Origin: an uncultured bacterium
GTDB lineage: Bacteria > Krumholzibacteriota > Krumholzibacteriia > LZORAL124-64-63
Length of the DNA stretch: 64,000 bases
Direction: 5' to 3'
Assembly: GCA_963732385.1 (NCBI GenBank)
Contig: CAVSZB010000006.1
Coordinates: 32,001 to 96,000, forward strand
Shown: positions 1 to 10,361 of the stretch, in pieces
Position numbering within the stretch: the stretch's first letter is position 1
Layout of the letters: every line of letters starts with the position of its first letter
Program-made: the position numbers and the translations under genes
The notes under the pieces: model-generated
Seen by the model: the letters and a program-made list of their open reading frames with translations, nothing else
Told to the model about the DNA's origin: nothing
Database searches by the model: none

Positions 1-423
1 GGCTTCATCGACACCCTGCTGGTCTGCGGCGTGATGACGCTCGGGTTCGGGGTGCCGATGCGCGGGTCGTTTCCGCTGCTGGTGCTGCTGACCATGGTGT
101 TCCTGCTCACGACGCTCGGCCTCGGCCTGATGGTGTCGTCGTTTGCGCGCACGCAGCAGCAGGCGATGATGAGCTCGTCGTTCATGCTGATGGTGCCGAT
201 GATCTACCTGTCGGGGCTGATGTTCCCGATCGAGAACATGCCGCGGGCCATCCAGCTGGTCACCTACGCGGTGCCGCTGCGCTATTACGCCATCATCCTG
301 CGCGGCGTTCTCCTGCAGGGGGCCGGTCTGGCGGACCTGTGGCGGGAGTCGCTCATCCTGTTGCTGTTCGGCGTCGGCGTGCTCGGCATCGCCTCGGCGC
401 GCTTCCGCAAGCGGCTGGACTGA
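1..423 (+). CDS. ABC-2 type transporter permease, 5'-truncated by window edge
   Basis: Hydrophobic C-terminus with 'ARTQQQAM...LSGLMFPIENMP...PLRYY', typical of YbhR/YbhS-like permeases. Confidence 0.85.
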   Translation, partial: GFIDTLLVCGVMTLGFGVPMRGSFPLLVLLTMVFLLTTLGLGLMVSSFARTQQQAMMSSSFMLMVPMIYLSGLMFPIENMPRAIQLVTYAVPLRYYAIILRGVLLQGAGLADLWRESLILLLFGVGVLGIASARFRKRLD

Positions 424-537
424 GACGCGCCGGGGCGAACCGGCGGCCCGCAATAATATCGCTTCACCCGAGGGACCGCGACGGCGATAATCCGGGGGGC
501 GATCCTGCCCGAAATTCCCCTGGCGAAGCCGGAGACC

Positions 538-1002
538 ATGAAGGCCGAGTACATCAACCCGTTCCTCGAGAGCGTCGAGTTGCTGTTCACCAACATGCTC
601 GGTTGCGCGGCCACGCGGGGGCAGCTTGGCACTTCGCGCGGATCGACCACCCGCCATGAAGTGACGGCCATCATCGGCATGAGCGGTCCGGCGCGCGGCA
701 CGGTCTCGATCTCCTTCCCGGCCGCCACCGCCGCCGCCATGGTGGGGCGCCTGATGGGCGCCGATGCCGTGGAGAGCGACGAGATTCTCATCGACGGGGT
801 GTCGGAACTGGTCAACATCGTGGCGGGCGGCGCCAAATCGAAGCTCTCCGCCGACACCGGCACGGTCATCGACCTGAGCCTGCCCACGGTGATCCGCGGC
901 AAGGATTTCCAGTTCCAGGGCCCCTCGCAGGCGGTCTGGCTCGACATTCCGTTCGCCTCGGAACTGGGCGAATTCTGCGTACGGGTGACGTTCGCGCAGT
1001 AG
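538..1002 (+). CDS. cheX: Chemotaxis phosphatase CheX family protein
   Basis: N-terminal 'EYINPF', 'ELVNIVAG' (E-x-x-N motif), 'LPTVIRG'. Confidence 0.85.
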   Translation: MKAEYINPFLESVELLFTNMLGCAATRGQLGTSRGSTTRHEVTAIIGMSGPARGTVSISFPAATAAAMVGRLMGADAVESDEILIDGVSELVNIVAGGAKSKLSADTGTVIDLSLPTVIRGKDFQFQGPSQAVWLDIPFASELGEFCVRVTFAQ

Positions 1003-1023
1003 CAGGACGCGCGTCGAGGCTGT

Positions 1024-1977
1024 TCAGTCGCGCCAGGGCAGCCGCGACAGTTCCACGTTGCCTCCCGACAGGATGATGCCGATCCGCCGGCCGGCCAGGT
1101 CGGCGGTCCCCTCCCGCAGCGCGGCCAGCGCCACGGCGGACGACGGCTCCACGACCAGCTTCATCCGTTCCCAGATCAGGCGCATGGCCGCCGCGATCTC
1201 CTCCTCGCTCACCGTGACGATCCGCTCGACGCGTCGCCGGATGATGGCGAAGGTCAGGTCGCCGAGCGAAGTGAGCAGACCGTCGGCCATGGTGCGGGGA
1301 TCGACCGACGGCACGATACGTCCCTCCCGCAGCGAGCGGCAGGCGTCGTCGGCGCCGGCCGGTTCGGCGCCGAGGATCCGCGTGCGCGAGGCCGTTCCCT
1401 CCGCCGCCAGCGCCGTCCCGCTCAGCAGTCCGCCGCCGCCCACCGGCGCCACGAGCAGGTCGAGATCGGGCACCTCGGCGAGCAGTTCGAGCGCGGCGGT
1501 GCCCTGGCCGGCGATGACCCGCGGGTCGTTGTAGGGATGGACGAAGGCGGCGCCCGTTTCCGCCACCACTTCCGCCAGCGTCGCCTCGCGCGCCGCGAGG
1601 GTGGGCGCGCAGAAGCGGATGATTCCGCCGTAGCCGGCCACCGCCTCCCGCTTCACGTTCGGCGCGTTGTCCGGCATCACGATGTACGCCGGCGCGCCGC
1701 GCAGGCGCGCCGCCAGCGCCAGCGCCGCGGCGTGGTTGCCGGAGGAGTGGGTGGCCACGCCGGCGCGCCACGCGGCATCCGGCAGCGCCATCACGGCGTT
1801 GCAGGCGCCGCGGAACTTGAAGGCGCCCACCTTCTGAAAATTCTCGCACTTGAAGAACAGCCGGGCGCCGACGAGCCGGTCGAGCGTGGCGCAGGTGAAG
1901 ACCGGCGTGAGGTGCGCAAACGGGCGGATCCGCTCGGCGGCCTCCAGAACGTCGGCGTGGACGGGGGGTGGGCACAT
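1024..1977 (-). CDS. PLP-dependent serine/threonine dehydratase (serine racemase-like)
   Basis: 'KCENFQKVGAFKFRGA' PLP-lysine motif, 'SSGNHA', 'PVGGGGLLSG', 'EPSSA', 'SGGN'; start taken at ATG 1977. Confidence 0.9.
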   Translation of the reverse strand: MCPPPVHADVLEAAERIRPFAHLTPVFTCATLDRLVGARLFFKCENFQKVGAFKFRGACNAVMALPDAAWRAGVATHSSGNHAAALALAARLRGAPAYIVMPDNAPNVKREAVAGYGGIIRFCAPTLAAREATLAEVVAETGAAFVHPYNDPRVIAGQGTAALELLAEVPDLDLLVAPVGGGGLLSGTALAAEGTASRTRILGAEPAGADDACRSLREGRIVPSVDPRTMADGLLTSLGDLTFAIIRRRVERIVTVSEEEIAAAMRLIWERMKLVVEPSSAVALAALREGTADLAGRRIGIILSGGNVELSRLPWRD

Positions 1978-2076
1978 GGGATCGACTCCGGGAAAGAGGA
2001 GGGCAGCATGGCCTGCGGATGCTAGGATAGCCGGCGCGACGCCTCCCGTCATGTCCAACGGCGCGTCGCCGGGGGG

Positions 2077-4083
2077 ATGATGCCGGAACTGCCCATCCTG
2101 CGGGATCTTGTCGCGGTGCTGGCGGTCTCTTTGGCCGTCGTTTTCGCGCTGCGTCGGGTGCGCGTGCCGACGGTCGCCGCCCTGCTGCTGGCCGGCGTGC
2201 TGCTGGGGCCGGGGGGGCTCGGACTGGTGCGTGACCGCCACAGTCTCGAGACCGTGGCCGAGGTCGGCGTGGCGCTGCTGCTGTTCACGATCGGCCTGAA
2301 ACTGTCCCTGCGGGACCTGCTCGCCCTGCGCGGTCTGGTGTTCGGCGCCGGAGGGCTGCAGGTCGCCCTGAGCGTGGCCGCCGGCGCTGTTGCGGCGGTG
2401 ATGAGCGGCTATCCGTCCGGGCAGGCCATCTTCTTCGGCTGTCTGCTGGCCATGAGTTCCACCGCCATCGTGCTGCGCCTGCTCGACGAGCGGGGCGAGA
2501 CCGGCGCGCCGCACGGGCGCTTCGCCCTGAGCGTGCTGGTCTTCCAGGACCTTGCGGTGGTGCCGATGATGCTGGCCCTGCCTCTGCTGGCCGGGACGGC
2601 GGGCGCGAGCTGGGGTCGCGCCGCGACGACGGTGCTCGGCTCGCTGGCGATGGTGGCCGGCATCGTCGTCTGCGCGCGCTTCCTCTTCCCGCGTTTTCTC
2701 GGCCTGATCGTGCGGGCCCGCAGCCGGGAACTGTTCACGCTGGCCACGCTGCTGGTGGTGCTCGGCACCGCCTGGCTCGGCAGCCGGGTGGGCGTATCGC
2801 TGGCCCTGGGCGCGTTCCTGGCCGGCCTGGTCGTGGCCGATTCCGACTACGCGCAGCAGATGCTGGCGGAGATGGTGCCGCTGCGGGATGCGTTCGGCAG
2901 CCTGTTCTTCGTGTCGGTCGGCATGTTGCTGGATCCCTCGCTCTGGTGGCGCGAACCGTTGGCCACGGCAGGGTTGGGTGTGGCCGTCGTTTTGGGCAAG
3001 GCGGCGATCGTCGGGGCGGCGGCGCTGGCTTTCGGGCTCGGGCCGCGCGTGGCGGTGCTGGCCGGGCTCGGCCTGGCGCAGATCGGCGAGTTCTCGTTCA
3101 TCCTGGCGCGCGCCGGCGCGGGGCACGGGCTGATCGGGGGGGAGATCTACCAGCGCTTCCTCGCCGTCTCGGTGCTGTCGATGGTGACGACGCCGTTCGC
3201 GGCGCTGCTGGCCGCGCGGCTCGCGCCGGGTATCGACCGGGTCGGCTGGCTGCGCGCGCTGGTGGCGCGCGGCGACCGGACGTTCCGCCTCGGCGGAACC
3301 CGGTTCGGGGAGGCGGTCGCCGCGGTGACCGATCATGTCGTGGTGGTCGGCTACGGGGTGAACGGCCGCAACGTGGCGCGCGTGCTCCGCCGGCTCGAAG
3401 TGCCGTGCGTGGTGCTGGAACTGAACCCGGTCGGCGTGCGGACCGCACGCGCCGCCGGCGAGACGGCGCTCTACGGCGATGCCACGAGCGTCGACGTGCT
3501 CGCGCGGGCCGGCATCGAGCGGGCGCGCGTGCTCGTGGTGGCGATCGCCGACGCCCCCTCCTCCCGCCAGGTGGTGGCGGTGGCGCGCCGTGCGGCGCCG
3601 CGCCTGAAGATCCTGGTCCGGACGCGCTACCTCGGCGAGGTCGAGCCGCTCTACCGTCTCGGCGCGGACGAGGTCGTGCCGGAGGAGTTCGAGACGTCGC
3701 TCGAACTGGCCGGCGCCGCCATGTCCGCCTACGGCGCCCCCTCGCGGGTGATCGAGCGGGAGAAGGCGCGGATCCGCGAGGAGCGCTACGATCTGCTCTC
3801 CGCCGGCGGTCGCGTGATCCGCCCGCAGGCGTCGCTCTTTTCGCTGCTCGGCGCGGCCGACCTGTCGGAGGTGGCGGTGTCGGCCGGCGGTCCCGCCGAC
3901 GGCATCACGCTGCGGGCGCTCGACCTGCGCGGGCGGGCCGGCGCTTCCGTGGTGGCGATCGAACGGGAGGGGGCGGTCACCGGCAATCCGGCGCCCGACG
4001 ATCGTCTGGCGGCCGGAGACGTGGTCTACCTGTGGGGACAGCCGGAGCAGGTCGCGGCGGCGCGGGCGCTACTTGCGCCGTGA
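2077..4083 (+). CDS. CPA2-family cation:proton antiporter (KefB/KefC-like) with TrkA-N and TrkA-C domains
   Basis: Multiple TM helices with 'SSTAIV', 'FQD', 'LAQIGEFSF'; Rossmann 'VVVVGYGVNG', 'YGDAT'; C-terminal RCK-C. Confidence 0.9.
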   Translation: MMPELPILRDLVAVLAVSLAVVFALRRVRVPTVAALLLAGVLLGPGGLGLVRDRHSLETVAEVGVALLLFTIGLKLSLRDLLALRGLVFGAGGLQVALSVAAGAVAAVMSGYPSGQAIFFGCLLAMSSTAIVLRLLDERGETGAPHGRFALSVLVFQDLAVVPMMLALPLLAGTAGASWGRAATTVLGSLAMVAGIVVCARFLFPRFLGLIVRARSRELFTLATLLVVLGTAWLGSRVGVSLALGAFLAGLVVADSDYAQQMLAEMVPLRDAFGSLFFVSVGMLLDPSLWWREPLATAGLGVAVVLGKAAIVGAAALAFGLGPRVAVLAGLGLAQIGEFSFILARAGAGHGLIGGEIYQRFLAVSVLSMVTTPFAALLAARLAPGIDRVGWLRALVARGDRTFRLGGTRFGEAVAAVTDHVVVVGYGVNGRNVARVLRRLEVPCVVLELNPVGVRTARAAGETALYGDATSVDVLARAGIERARVLVVAIADAPSSRQVVAVARRAAPRLKILVRTRYLGEVEPLYRLGADEVVPEEFETSLELAGAAMSAYGAPSRVIEREKARIREERYDLLSAGGRVIRPQASLFSLLGAADLSEVAVSAGGPADGITLRALDLRGRAGASVVAIEREGAVTGNPAPDDRLAAGDVVYLWGQPEQVAAARALLAP

Positions 4084-5025
4084 GGTATAGAGCGAAGCGC
4101 CGATGCCGGCTGCGATCAGCGCCGCGATGACGATCAGCGACACGTGGTTCGGGATCGGCCAGCGGTGGGACACGAGCATCTTCACGCCGATGTAGGCCAG
4201 CATCGCGACCAGGGCGTGCCTCAGGTAGTGGAAGCGATCGTGCAGGCTCGCGAGCACGAAGTACAGCGTGCGCAGACCGAGGATCGCGAAGACGTTCGAG
4301 GTGAAAACGATGAAGGGGTCGCGCGTCACCGCGAAAATGGCCGGGATCGAGTCCACCGCGAACACCACGTCGGAGCTCTCCACGATCATCAACGCCACGA
4401 ACATCGGCGTCAGCGCACGGCGGCCCTGCCTAATGGTGAAGAAATTGTGGCCGTCGAGCTCGGATGTCACCGGATAGAAACGACGCGCCAGACGCACGAA
4501 CGGGTTGCGGTCGGGGTGGATCTCTTCATGATCCGTCAGCATCATCTTGACGGCGGTGGCGAGCAGGATGCCGCCGAAGACGTAGGTCACCCACTCGAAG
4601 CGCGCGATCAGCGCGGCGCCGAGCCCGATCATCACGCCGCGCAGCACGAGCGCGCCGAGGATGCCCCAGAACAGCACCCGGTGCTGGTACTTCAGCGGAA
4701 TGCCGAAATAGGCGAACACGAGCGCGATCACGAAGACGTTGTCGAGCGAGAGCGATTTCTCGATCAGGTAGCCGGTCAAAAACTGCAGCGCCGCCTCCCG
4801 TCCGGTGGCGAGCAGGTGTTCGCCGGCGCCGAAGCCGAGCCAGTGGTGCTCGTAGAGGAAGTAGACGAAGACGTTGAAGGCGAGGGCCGCGGCAATGTAG
4901 CCGGCCGACCAGAGGAGTGCTTCGCGGATTCCGATCACCCGGTCCCGGCGGTGGAAGATGCCGAGGTCCAGGGCCAGGATGCCGGCCACCAGCAGCAGGA
5001 AACCGATCCAGACGAGTGTCGCCAC
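4069..5025 (-). CDS. TerC/Alx family membrane protein
   Basis: 'GYLIEKSLSLDNVFV', 'QHRVLFWGILGA', 'DVVFAVDSIPAIFA', 'SNVFAILGLR'; GTG start with GGAAAGGA RBS. Confidence 0.92.
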   Translation of the reverse strand: MATLVWIGFLLLVAGILALDLGIFHRRDRVIGIREALLWSAGYIAAALAFNVFVYFLYEHHWLGFGAGEHLLATGREAALQFLTGYLIEKSLSLDNVFVIALVFAYFGIPLKYQHRVLFWGILGALVLRGVMIGLGAALIARFEWVTYVFGGILLATAVKMMLTDHEEIHPDRNPFVRLARRFYPVTSELDGHNFFTIRQGRRALTPMFVALMIVESSDVVFAVDSIPAIFAVTRDPFIVFTSNVFAILGLRTLYFVLASLHDRFHYLRHALVAMLAYIGVKMLVSHRWPIPNHVSLIVIAALIAAGIGASLYTSRRK

Positions 5026-5385
5026 GCGGTCCTTTCCATGGCCGGGTCGGCCGGCAACGACTAAGATAGGACATTTCAAGGTGGTTGCAACGAGCGCCTT
5101 GTCGGCGGGGGCGGGCCGGATCCTTCTTGCAGGGCCGCTGGTTTTGGCGGTACAATCCCTGTATGGGGTTTTGGAAACGGCGGTCCTGTCCTGAGGGGGC
5201 CGCCGCTTTTTCATGCCAGGCGTGCCGAGAGGGGGGATGGGCAGACGCGCCGCCGCGTGCTACGTTCCGCCCGCCGGACTCGGCGGTCGCTCACGCAATT
5301 CTCATCGGGTGCTCATATTGCCGCCACGCCTCCGGAATACCGTTGCCGGACCGCCTCCTTCGGGCGGGAAGGGAGCGTGAGGCGC

Positions 5386-6075
5386 ATGAATCGCGAAACC
5401 ATCCTGGTGATCGAGGATGAAGGCGACATCCTCGATCTGATCACGGTCAACCTGACTCGCGAAGGCTTTCGCGTGTTAGGTGCCGCGTCCGGCGAGGAGG
5501 GACTCGCGCTTGCGCGCGAGGAGGCGCCCGATCTGATCGTGCTCGACCTAATGCTGCCCGGCCTGGACGGCCTGCAGGTTTGCCGGGCGTTGCGCGCCGA
5601 TCCCAGCACGCGCGCGCTGCCGGTGCTGATCCTCACGGCGCGGGGCGAGGAGGCCGACATCGTGGCCGGCCTCGAGACCGGCGCCGACGACTACGTGACC
5701 AAGCCGTTCAGCCCGAAAGTGCTCGTCGCGCGCGTGCGCTCGGTGATGCGCCGGCGCGTCGCGGCCCCCGGGGTCGAGGGAGACGTTCTGCGGGTGCGCG
5801 ACCTGGTCATCCACCCCGGACGCCACGCCGTGCTGGCCGGCGAGCGGCCGATCGACCTCACTGCCACCGAGTTCCGCCTGTTGCACTTCCTGGCCCGCCG
5901 TCCCGGCTGGGTCTTCACGCGAAACCAGATCGTGCAGGCGGTGCGCGGCGACGGCTACCCGGTGACCGAACGCTCGGTCGATGTCCAGATCTACGGCCTG
6001 CGCCGCAAACTGGGCGAGGCGGACGATTACGTGGAGACCGTGCGCGGCGTCGGCTACCGCTTCAAGGACGATTGA
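5386..6075 (+). CDS. phoB: OmpR/PhoB-family response regulator
   Basis: Receiver ('LDLMLPG', 'GADDYVTKPF') plus winged helix ('RSVDVQI', 'ETVRGVGYRF'); heads the pst locus. Confidence 0.88.
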   Translation: MNRETILVIEDEGDILDLITVNLTREGFRVLGAASGEEGLALAREEAPDLIVLDLMLPGLDGLQVCRALRADPSTRALPVLILTARGEEADIVAGLETGADDYVTKPFSPKVLVARVRSVMRRRVAAPGVEGDVLRVRDLVIHPGRHAVLAGERPIDLTATEFRLLHFLARRPGWVFTRNQIVQAVRGDGYPVTERSVDVQIYGLRRKLGEADDYVETVRGVGYRFKDD

Positions 6076-7862
6076 TGCGCCGGCGAAACCTCTTCTGGCA
6101 CCTCTTTCCCGCCTGCCTGGCCCTCTCGCTCGCGGCGCTGCTCGCCTGCGGCGCCGTCGCCTCCTGGCACTACCGCCGCGCGGCGCTGGCCGCCGCCACC
6201 TCCGGACTCGAGACGGAGGCGCGACGGCTAGAGTCGCGGCTGGCGGGACGCCTCGCGCCCGAGCAGGCGGCGTTCGTGGACAGTCTCTGCAAGGCGCTCG
6301 GTCGCGGCGTGCCGCTGCGCCTGACCGTGATTCTGCCCGACGGCGTGGTGCTGGGCGATTCGGAGGAGGATCCCCGCGTCATGGCCGGACATGGCGATCG
6401 TCCGGAAATCAGGGCGGCGCTGGCCGGTCGCGTGGGCGTCGCCTCCCGGGCGAGCCCGTCCCAGAGTCGCAACCTGCTCTATGTGGCGGTGCCGTCGCGG
6501 GACCGGCCGGTGAGCGACGGCGTGGCGGGGGCAGTGCGCGCGGCGTTGCCGCTGACCGCCGTGGACGCGCCGGTGCGCGCGTTCGCGCGGCGGATCGCGC
6601 TGCTTTGGCTGCTCGTGGCGGCGCTGGCGGCGTTGACGGCGGCGTGGCTGGCGCGAGGGCTGGCGCGGCCGTTGGCGGTCCTGCGGCAGGGAGTGGAGCG
6701 TCTGGCGGAGGGGCAGCCGGGGGCCCGCACGGCGCGCGCCGGCCCCGACGAGATCGCGGATCTGGCCACGGCCCTGAACCGGATGGCCGCCGCTCTCGAT
6801 GCCCGGCTCGATACGGCCGGCCGGCAGCACAGCGAGCGCGAAGCCGTGCTGGCCAGCATGATGGAGGGGGTGCTGGCGGTCGATGAGCAGGAACGGGTGA
6901 TCGAGCTGAACCAGGCGGCCGCCCGCCTGCTGCGGGTCGAGATCCCACGGACGCTCGGCCGCCCCCTCGGCGAGGTGACCCGCAACGCGGACCTGCGGCG
7001 CTTCGTCAGTGGCGTGCTGACGGCGCGCTCGCCGCAGGAGGGCGAGTTCCGCCTCGACGATCCGGCGCGCGCCGGCAGCGAGCGCGTCATGCAGGCGCAT
7101 GGTACCGTGCTGCGCGACGAAACGGGACGCGGCATCGGCGCCCTGGTCGTTTTCAATGACGTTACGCGGTTGCGCCGGCTGGAGATCGTGCGACGGGAGT
7201 TCGTGGCCAATGTATCGCACGAATTGAAGACGCCCATCACCGCGATCAAGGGTTTCCTGGAAACCCTGCTCGAGGGGGGGGCGAAGGATCGCGGGGAGAC
7301 GTTGCGCTTCCTGGAGGTCGTGGCCCGGCAGGCCGATCGGCTCAACGCCATCATCGAGGATCTGCTGACGCTCTCACGGCTCGAACAGGAGGAGGCGGGA
7401 GCGCAGGTCGAACTTGCGGTTACGGCTGTGCAGGGCTCGCTGCAGACGGCCCTGCAGGCGTGCGAGCCGCTTGCCCGCGAGCGGGGGATTCCTCTCACGC
7501 TCGACTGCGCGCCCGACCTGGTCGTGCGTCTCAATGGCGCCCTGCTCGAACAGGCGGTCATCAATCTCGTCAACAACGCACTCAAGTACAGCGAGGCGGG
7601 TCACCCTGTTGCGGTGTCGGCGGCGCGCTCGGATGCCGGGCTGGAGATCCGCGTGGCGGACGGCGGCTGCGGCATCGCGCGCGAGCACCTGCCGCGGTTG
7701 TTCGAGCGTTTCTACCGCGTGGACCGCGGGCGCAGCCGGCGGCAGGGAGGCACCGGCCTCGGCCTCGCCATCGTGAAGCACATCGTGAAGGTCCATGGCG
7801 GGACCGTCGGGGTGGAGAGCGCCCCGGGCGAAGGCAGCACGTTTACCATCGTAATCCCGTAA
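6075..7862 (+). CDS. phoR: Phosphate regulon sensor histidine kinase (HAMP-PAS-HisKA-HATPase)
   Basis: 'REFVANVSHELKTP' H-box, 'NLVNNALKYS', 'FERFYRVD', 'GTGLGLAIVKH'; TGATG coupling to phoB. Confidence 0.9.
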   Translation: MRRRNLFWHLFPACLALSLAALLACGAVASWHYRRAALAAATSGLETEARRLESRLAGRLAPEQAAFVDSLCKALGRGVPLRLTVILPDGVVLGDSEEDPRVMAGHGDRPEIRAALAGRVGVASRASPSQSRNLLYVAVPSRDRPVSDGVAGAVRAALPLTAVDAPVRAFARRIALLWLLVAALAALTAAWLARGLARPLAVLRQGVERLAEGQPGARTARAGPDEIADLATALNRMAAALDARLDTAGRQHSEREAVLASMMEGVLAVDEQERVIELNQAAARLLRVEIPRTLGRPLGEVTRNADLRRFVSGVLTARSPQEGEFRLDDPARAGSERVMQAHGTVLRDETGRGIGALVVFNDVTRLRRLEIVRREFVANVSHELKTPITAIKGFLETLLEGGAKDRGETLRFLEVVARQADRLNAIIEDLLTLSRLEQEEAGAQVELAVTAVQGSLQTALQACEPLARERGIPLTLDCAPDLVVRLNGALLEQAVINLVNNALKYSEAGHPVAVSAARSDAGLEIRVADGGCGIAREHLPRLFERFYRVDRGRSRRQGGTGLGLAIVKHIVKVHGGTVGVESAPGEGSTFTIVIP

Positions 7863-7889
7863 AATGTTGTGCTGGAATTATTTAATCTC

Positions 7890-7927
7890 CTTAACGGAAT
7901 CCTAACACGCGCCTAATCTCTACTGAA
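7890..7927 (+). promoter_or_regulatory. Putative Pho box: direct repeats with 11-bp period
   Basis: CTTAAC/CCTAAC/CCTAAT with TAA at 7892, 7903 and 7914, in an AT-rich patch upstream of the porin-pstS operon. Confidence 0.6.
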
Positions 7928-8008
7928 ACTTCGCGTTCTACCGTGTCGACGCTGGCCCGTCGGGGGTAGAGCGCGCCAGGCGCAACAGAACAAGGCAGGA
8001 GGATCCCC

Positions 8009-9256
8009 ATGAATCTGACGAGTGTGCGACTGAAAATCATGATGATCGTGTTCGCCGTATCGCTGGCGCTGATCAACGGTGGCGCGCGCGCGGCAGAGGA
8101 GAATCCTCTGGACGGCCCGAAGGTGAGCGGCGAGGCGTACATCGACTGGAGCCGGTACGACGTCCAGGATGCCACCTCGAACGAATTCTCGCTCAAGCGC
8201 GGCTACGTCACGGTCACGAAGAAGGCGAATCCCTGGCTGAGCTTCCGGTACACCCTCGACGTCAAGCAGGCCTCCTCCAGCGCGACCGTCAGCCAGGAAA
8301 CTGAAGATGAGCCGATCACCGTCACGCCGGCCAACGCGCTCGACGGCAACTACGTCTTCCGCACCAAGTACCTGTTCGCGGAGATGATTCTCGGCGACGC
8401 CGGCTTCCTGTCGGACGTGCGGGCGCGCGTCGGTATGCAGCATGTCGGGCCGGACGACTTCGAGCAGAGCCTGAATCCATACCGTGCGCAGGACCGCAAC
8501 TGGCTCGAGCGCGGCGGGCTGTTCGGCACGGCCGATCTCGGCGTCGGCCTCAACGGCGCCTTCGGCGGCAAGCTCGCGGACGCGAAGGCGAAGACCGGCA
8601 GCAGCAAGTACGACGGCCGGCTCGGCTCCTTCCAGATCGCCCTGACCAACGGCAGCAACTACGACAAGGCGGAGAAGAACGAGAACAAGCTGTTCAGCGG
8701 CCGCGTCAGCGTGCGGCCGGCGGCCGCGGCGGCGCCCGGCCTGCAGTTCACGGCGGCCGGCGCCTTCGGCAAGGACAACACGCTCGACGGCCCGGATGCG
8801 GCCGGCGTCGACTTCAACTTCCTGATGGGGATGGTGAGCTGGCAGTCGCCGATGTTCACCGCCTACGGCCAGTACGTCACTTCGGAGAACAACCAGGCGG
8901 GCAGCTACGCGTTCGGCAGCGGCGTGGCGCGCCAGGGACTGCAGGGGCAGTCCTGGTCGGCCTTCGCCTCGGTCCGGTTGCCCGACGCCGGCAGTCGCTG
9001 GGCTCTGTTCGGACGCACCAGCCATGTGGACCCCGACGCCGATGACGATGTGACGACCGCCGACGAGAAGACCGGGCTGACCCTGCTCACGGGGGGCGTC
9101 TCCTGTGAGATCGCGAAGGGCAACATGTTCATCGCCGCCTTCGAGAACACCAGCTACGACCCCTACGCCAACGTGCTCGGCAAGGCGCCGACCGCGGCCC
9201 GGCGTGATCTGAAGGACGATCAGCGCCTCCAGCTTGTCTACAGGCTGGAATTCTAG
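8009..9256 (+). CDS. Putative phosphate-regulated outer-membrane porin
   Basis: Signal peptide, amphipathic beta strands, terminal 'LQLVYRLEF' beta-signal; lies between phoR and pstS. Confidence 0.7.
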   Translation: MNLTSVRLKIMMIVFAVSLALINGGARAAEENPLDGPKVSGEAYIDWSRYDVQDATSNEFSLKRGYVTVTKKANPWLSFRYTLDVKQASSSATVSQETEDEPITVTPANALDGNYVFRTKYLFAEMILGDAGFLSDVRARVGMQHVGPDDFEQSLNPYRAQDRNWLERGGLFGTADLGVGLNGAFGGKLADAKAKTGSSKYDGRLGSFQIALTNGSNYDKAEKNENKLFSGRVSVRPAAAAAPGLQFTAAGAFGKDNTLDGPDAAGVDFNFLMGMVSWQSPMFTAYGQYVTSENNQAGSYAFGSGVARQGLQGQSWSAFASVRLPDAGSRWALFGRTSHVDPDADDDVTTADEKTGLTLLTGGVSCEIAKGNMFIAAFENTSYDPYANVLGKAPTAARRDLKDDQRLQLVYRLEF

Positions 9257-9293
9257 GATCTGCCGCAGCCCTCTGCGGAGAGAGGTGGTTCCG

Positions 9294-10289
9294 ATGTCCC
9301 GCAAGCTCCCCGCCGTCCTGTGCCTGACGCTCGCTCTCACGGCCGCTGTGTTCGTGGCGCCGGCGGCGGCCCAGACGGCGGTCGACGCGAAGCTGCCCGC
9401 CTACAAGCCGGTGGAGGGGGTGTCCGGCGGCCTCAAGAGCATCGGGTCGGACACCATGAACAACCTGATGACCCTCTGGGCGGAAGGCTTCCGGACGTTC
9501 TATCCGAACGTCCAGATCGAGATCGAAGGGAAGGGTTCGTCGACGGCCCCGCCGGCCCTGATCTCCGGCACGGCCGCCTTCGGGCCGATGAGCCGGCCGA
9601 TGAAGGCGGCGGAGAGCGACGAATTCGAGCGGCAGTTCGGCTACAAGCCGACCGCCATGGGCACGAGCATCGACATGCTCGCGGTGTACGTGCACAAGGA
9701 CAATCCGCTGCCGGGGCTCACGCTGGCGCAGGTGGACGCCATCTTCTCCCAGACCCGGCGGGCGGGATATGCCACCGAAATCCGCACCTGGGGCGAAACC
9801 GGTCTGACCGGCGCCTGGGCCGCGCTGCCGATCAGCCTGTACGGCCGCAATTCGGCGTCGGGAACCTACGGCTTCTTCAAGGAGCATGTGCTCGCCAAAG
9901 GCGACTACAAGGCGTCGGTGAAGGAGCAGCCCGGCAGCTCGGCCGTGGTCAACGGTGTGGCCAACGACAGGGCCGGCATCGGCTACAGCGGCATCGGCTA
10001 CCGGACCGCGGACGTGCGGGCGGTCCCGCTGGCCCTCGACGCCGACTCGCCGCTGGTGCCTGCGGAACCGGAGCATGCCTACACCGGAGACTATCCCCTG
10101 TCGCGGTTCCTCTACGTCTACGTGAACGTGAAGCCGGGCGCGGCGCTCGATCCGTTGCGCCGCGAATTCGCCCGCTACGTTTTCAGCCGCCAGGGGCAGG
10201 AGGTCGTCGTGAAGGACGGCTACTATCCGGTCACGGCGGAGATGGCGCGGGGCGCGCTGCGCGCCGTCGGCATCGAGACCGGTTTCTAG
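9294..10289 (+). CDS. pstS: Phosphate ABC transporter substrate-binding protein
   Basis: Signal peptide, 'GSDTM', 'GKGSSTA', 'SRPMK', 'RNSASGTY', 'YPLSRFLY'. Confidence 0.93.
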   Translation: MSRKLPAVLCLTLALTAAVFVAPAAAQTAVDAKLPAYKPVEGVSGGLKSIGSDTMNNLMTLWAEGFRTFYPNVQIEIEGKGSSTAPPALISGTAAFGPMSRPMKAAESDEFERQFGYKPTAMGTSIDMLAVYVHKDNPLPGLTLAQVDAIFSQTRRAGYATEIRTWGETGLTGAWAALPISLYGRNSASGTYGFFKEHVLAKGDYKASVKEQPGSSAVVNGVANDRAGIGYSGIGYRTADVRAVPLALDADSPLVPAEPEHAYTGDYPLSRFLYVYVNVKPGAALDPLRREFARYVFSRQGQEVVVKDGYYPVTAEMARGALRAVGIETGF

Positions 10290-10361
10290 CGCCTCGCGGC
10301 GCGTTTTCCCCGGCTGGCGGCGGCGTGTCGCCGCCGCCAGCCTTTCCGCTCTGGAGGTGCT

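Noticed and set aside
1978..3336. 770-aa N-terminally extended dehydratase
   Set aside because: The extension is the antisense of the antiporter gene; homology starts at ATG 1977.
5026..5380. yybP-ykoY manganese riboswitch upstream of terC
   Set aside because: Expected from context, but I could not find the GGGGAGUA...GAGACC hallmarks on the minus strand.
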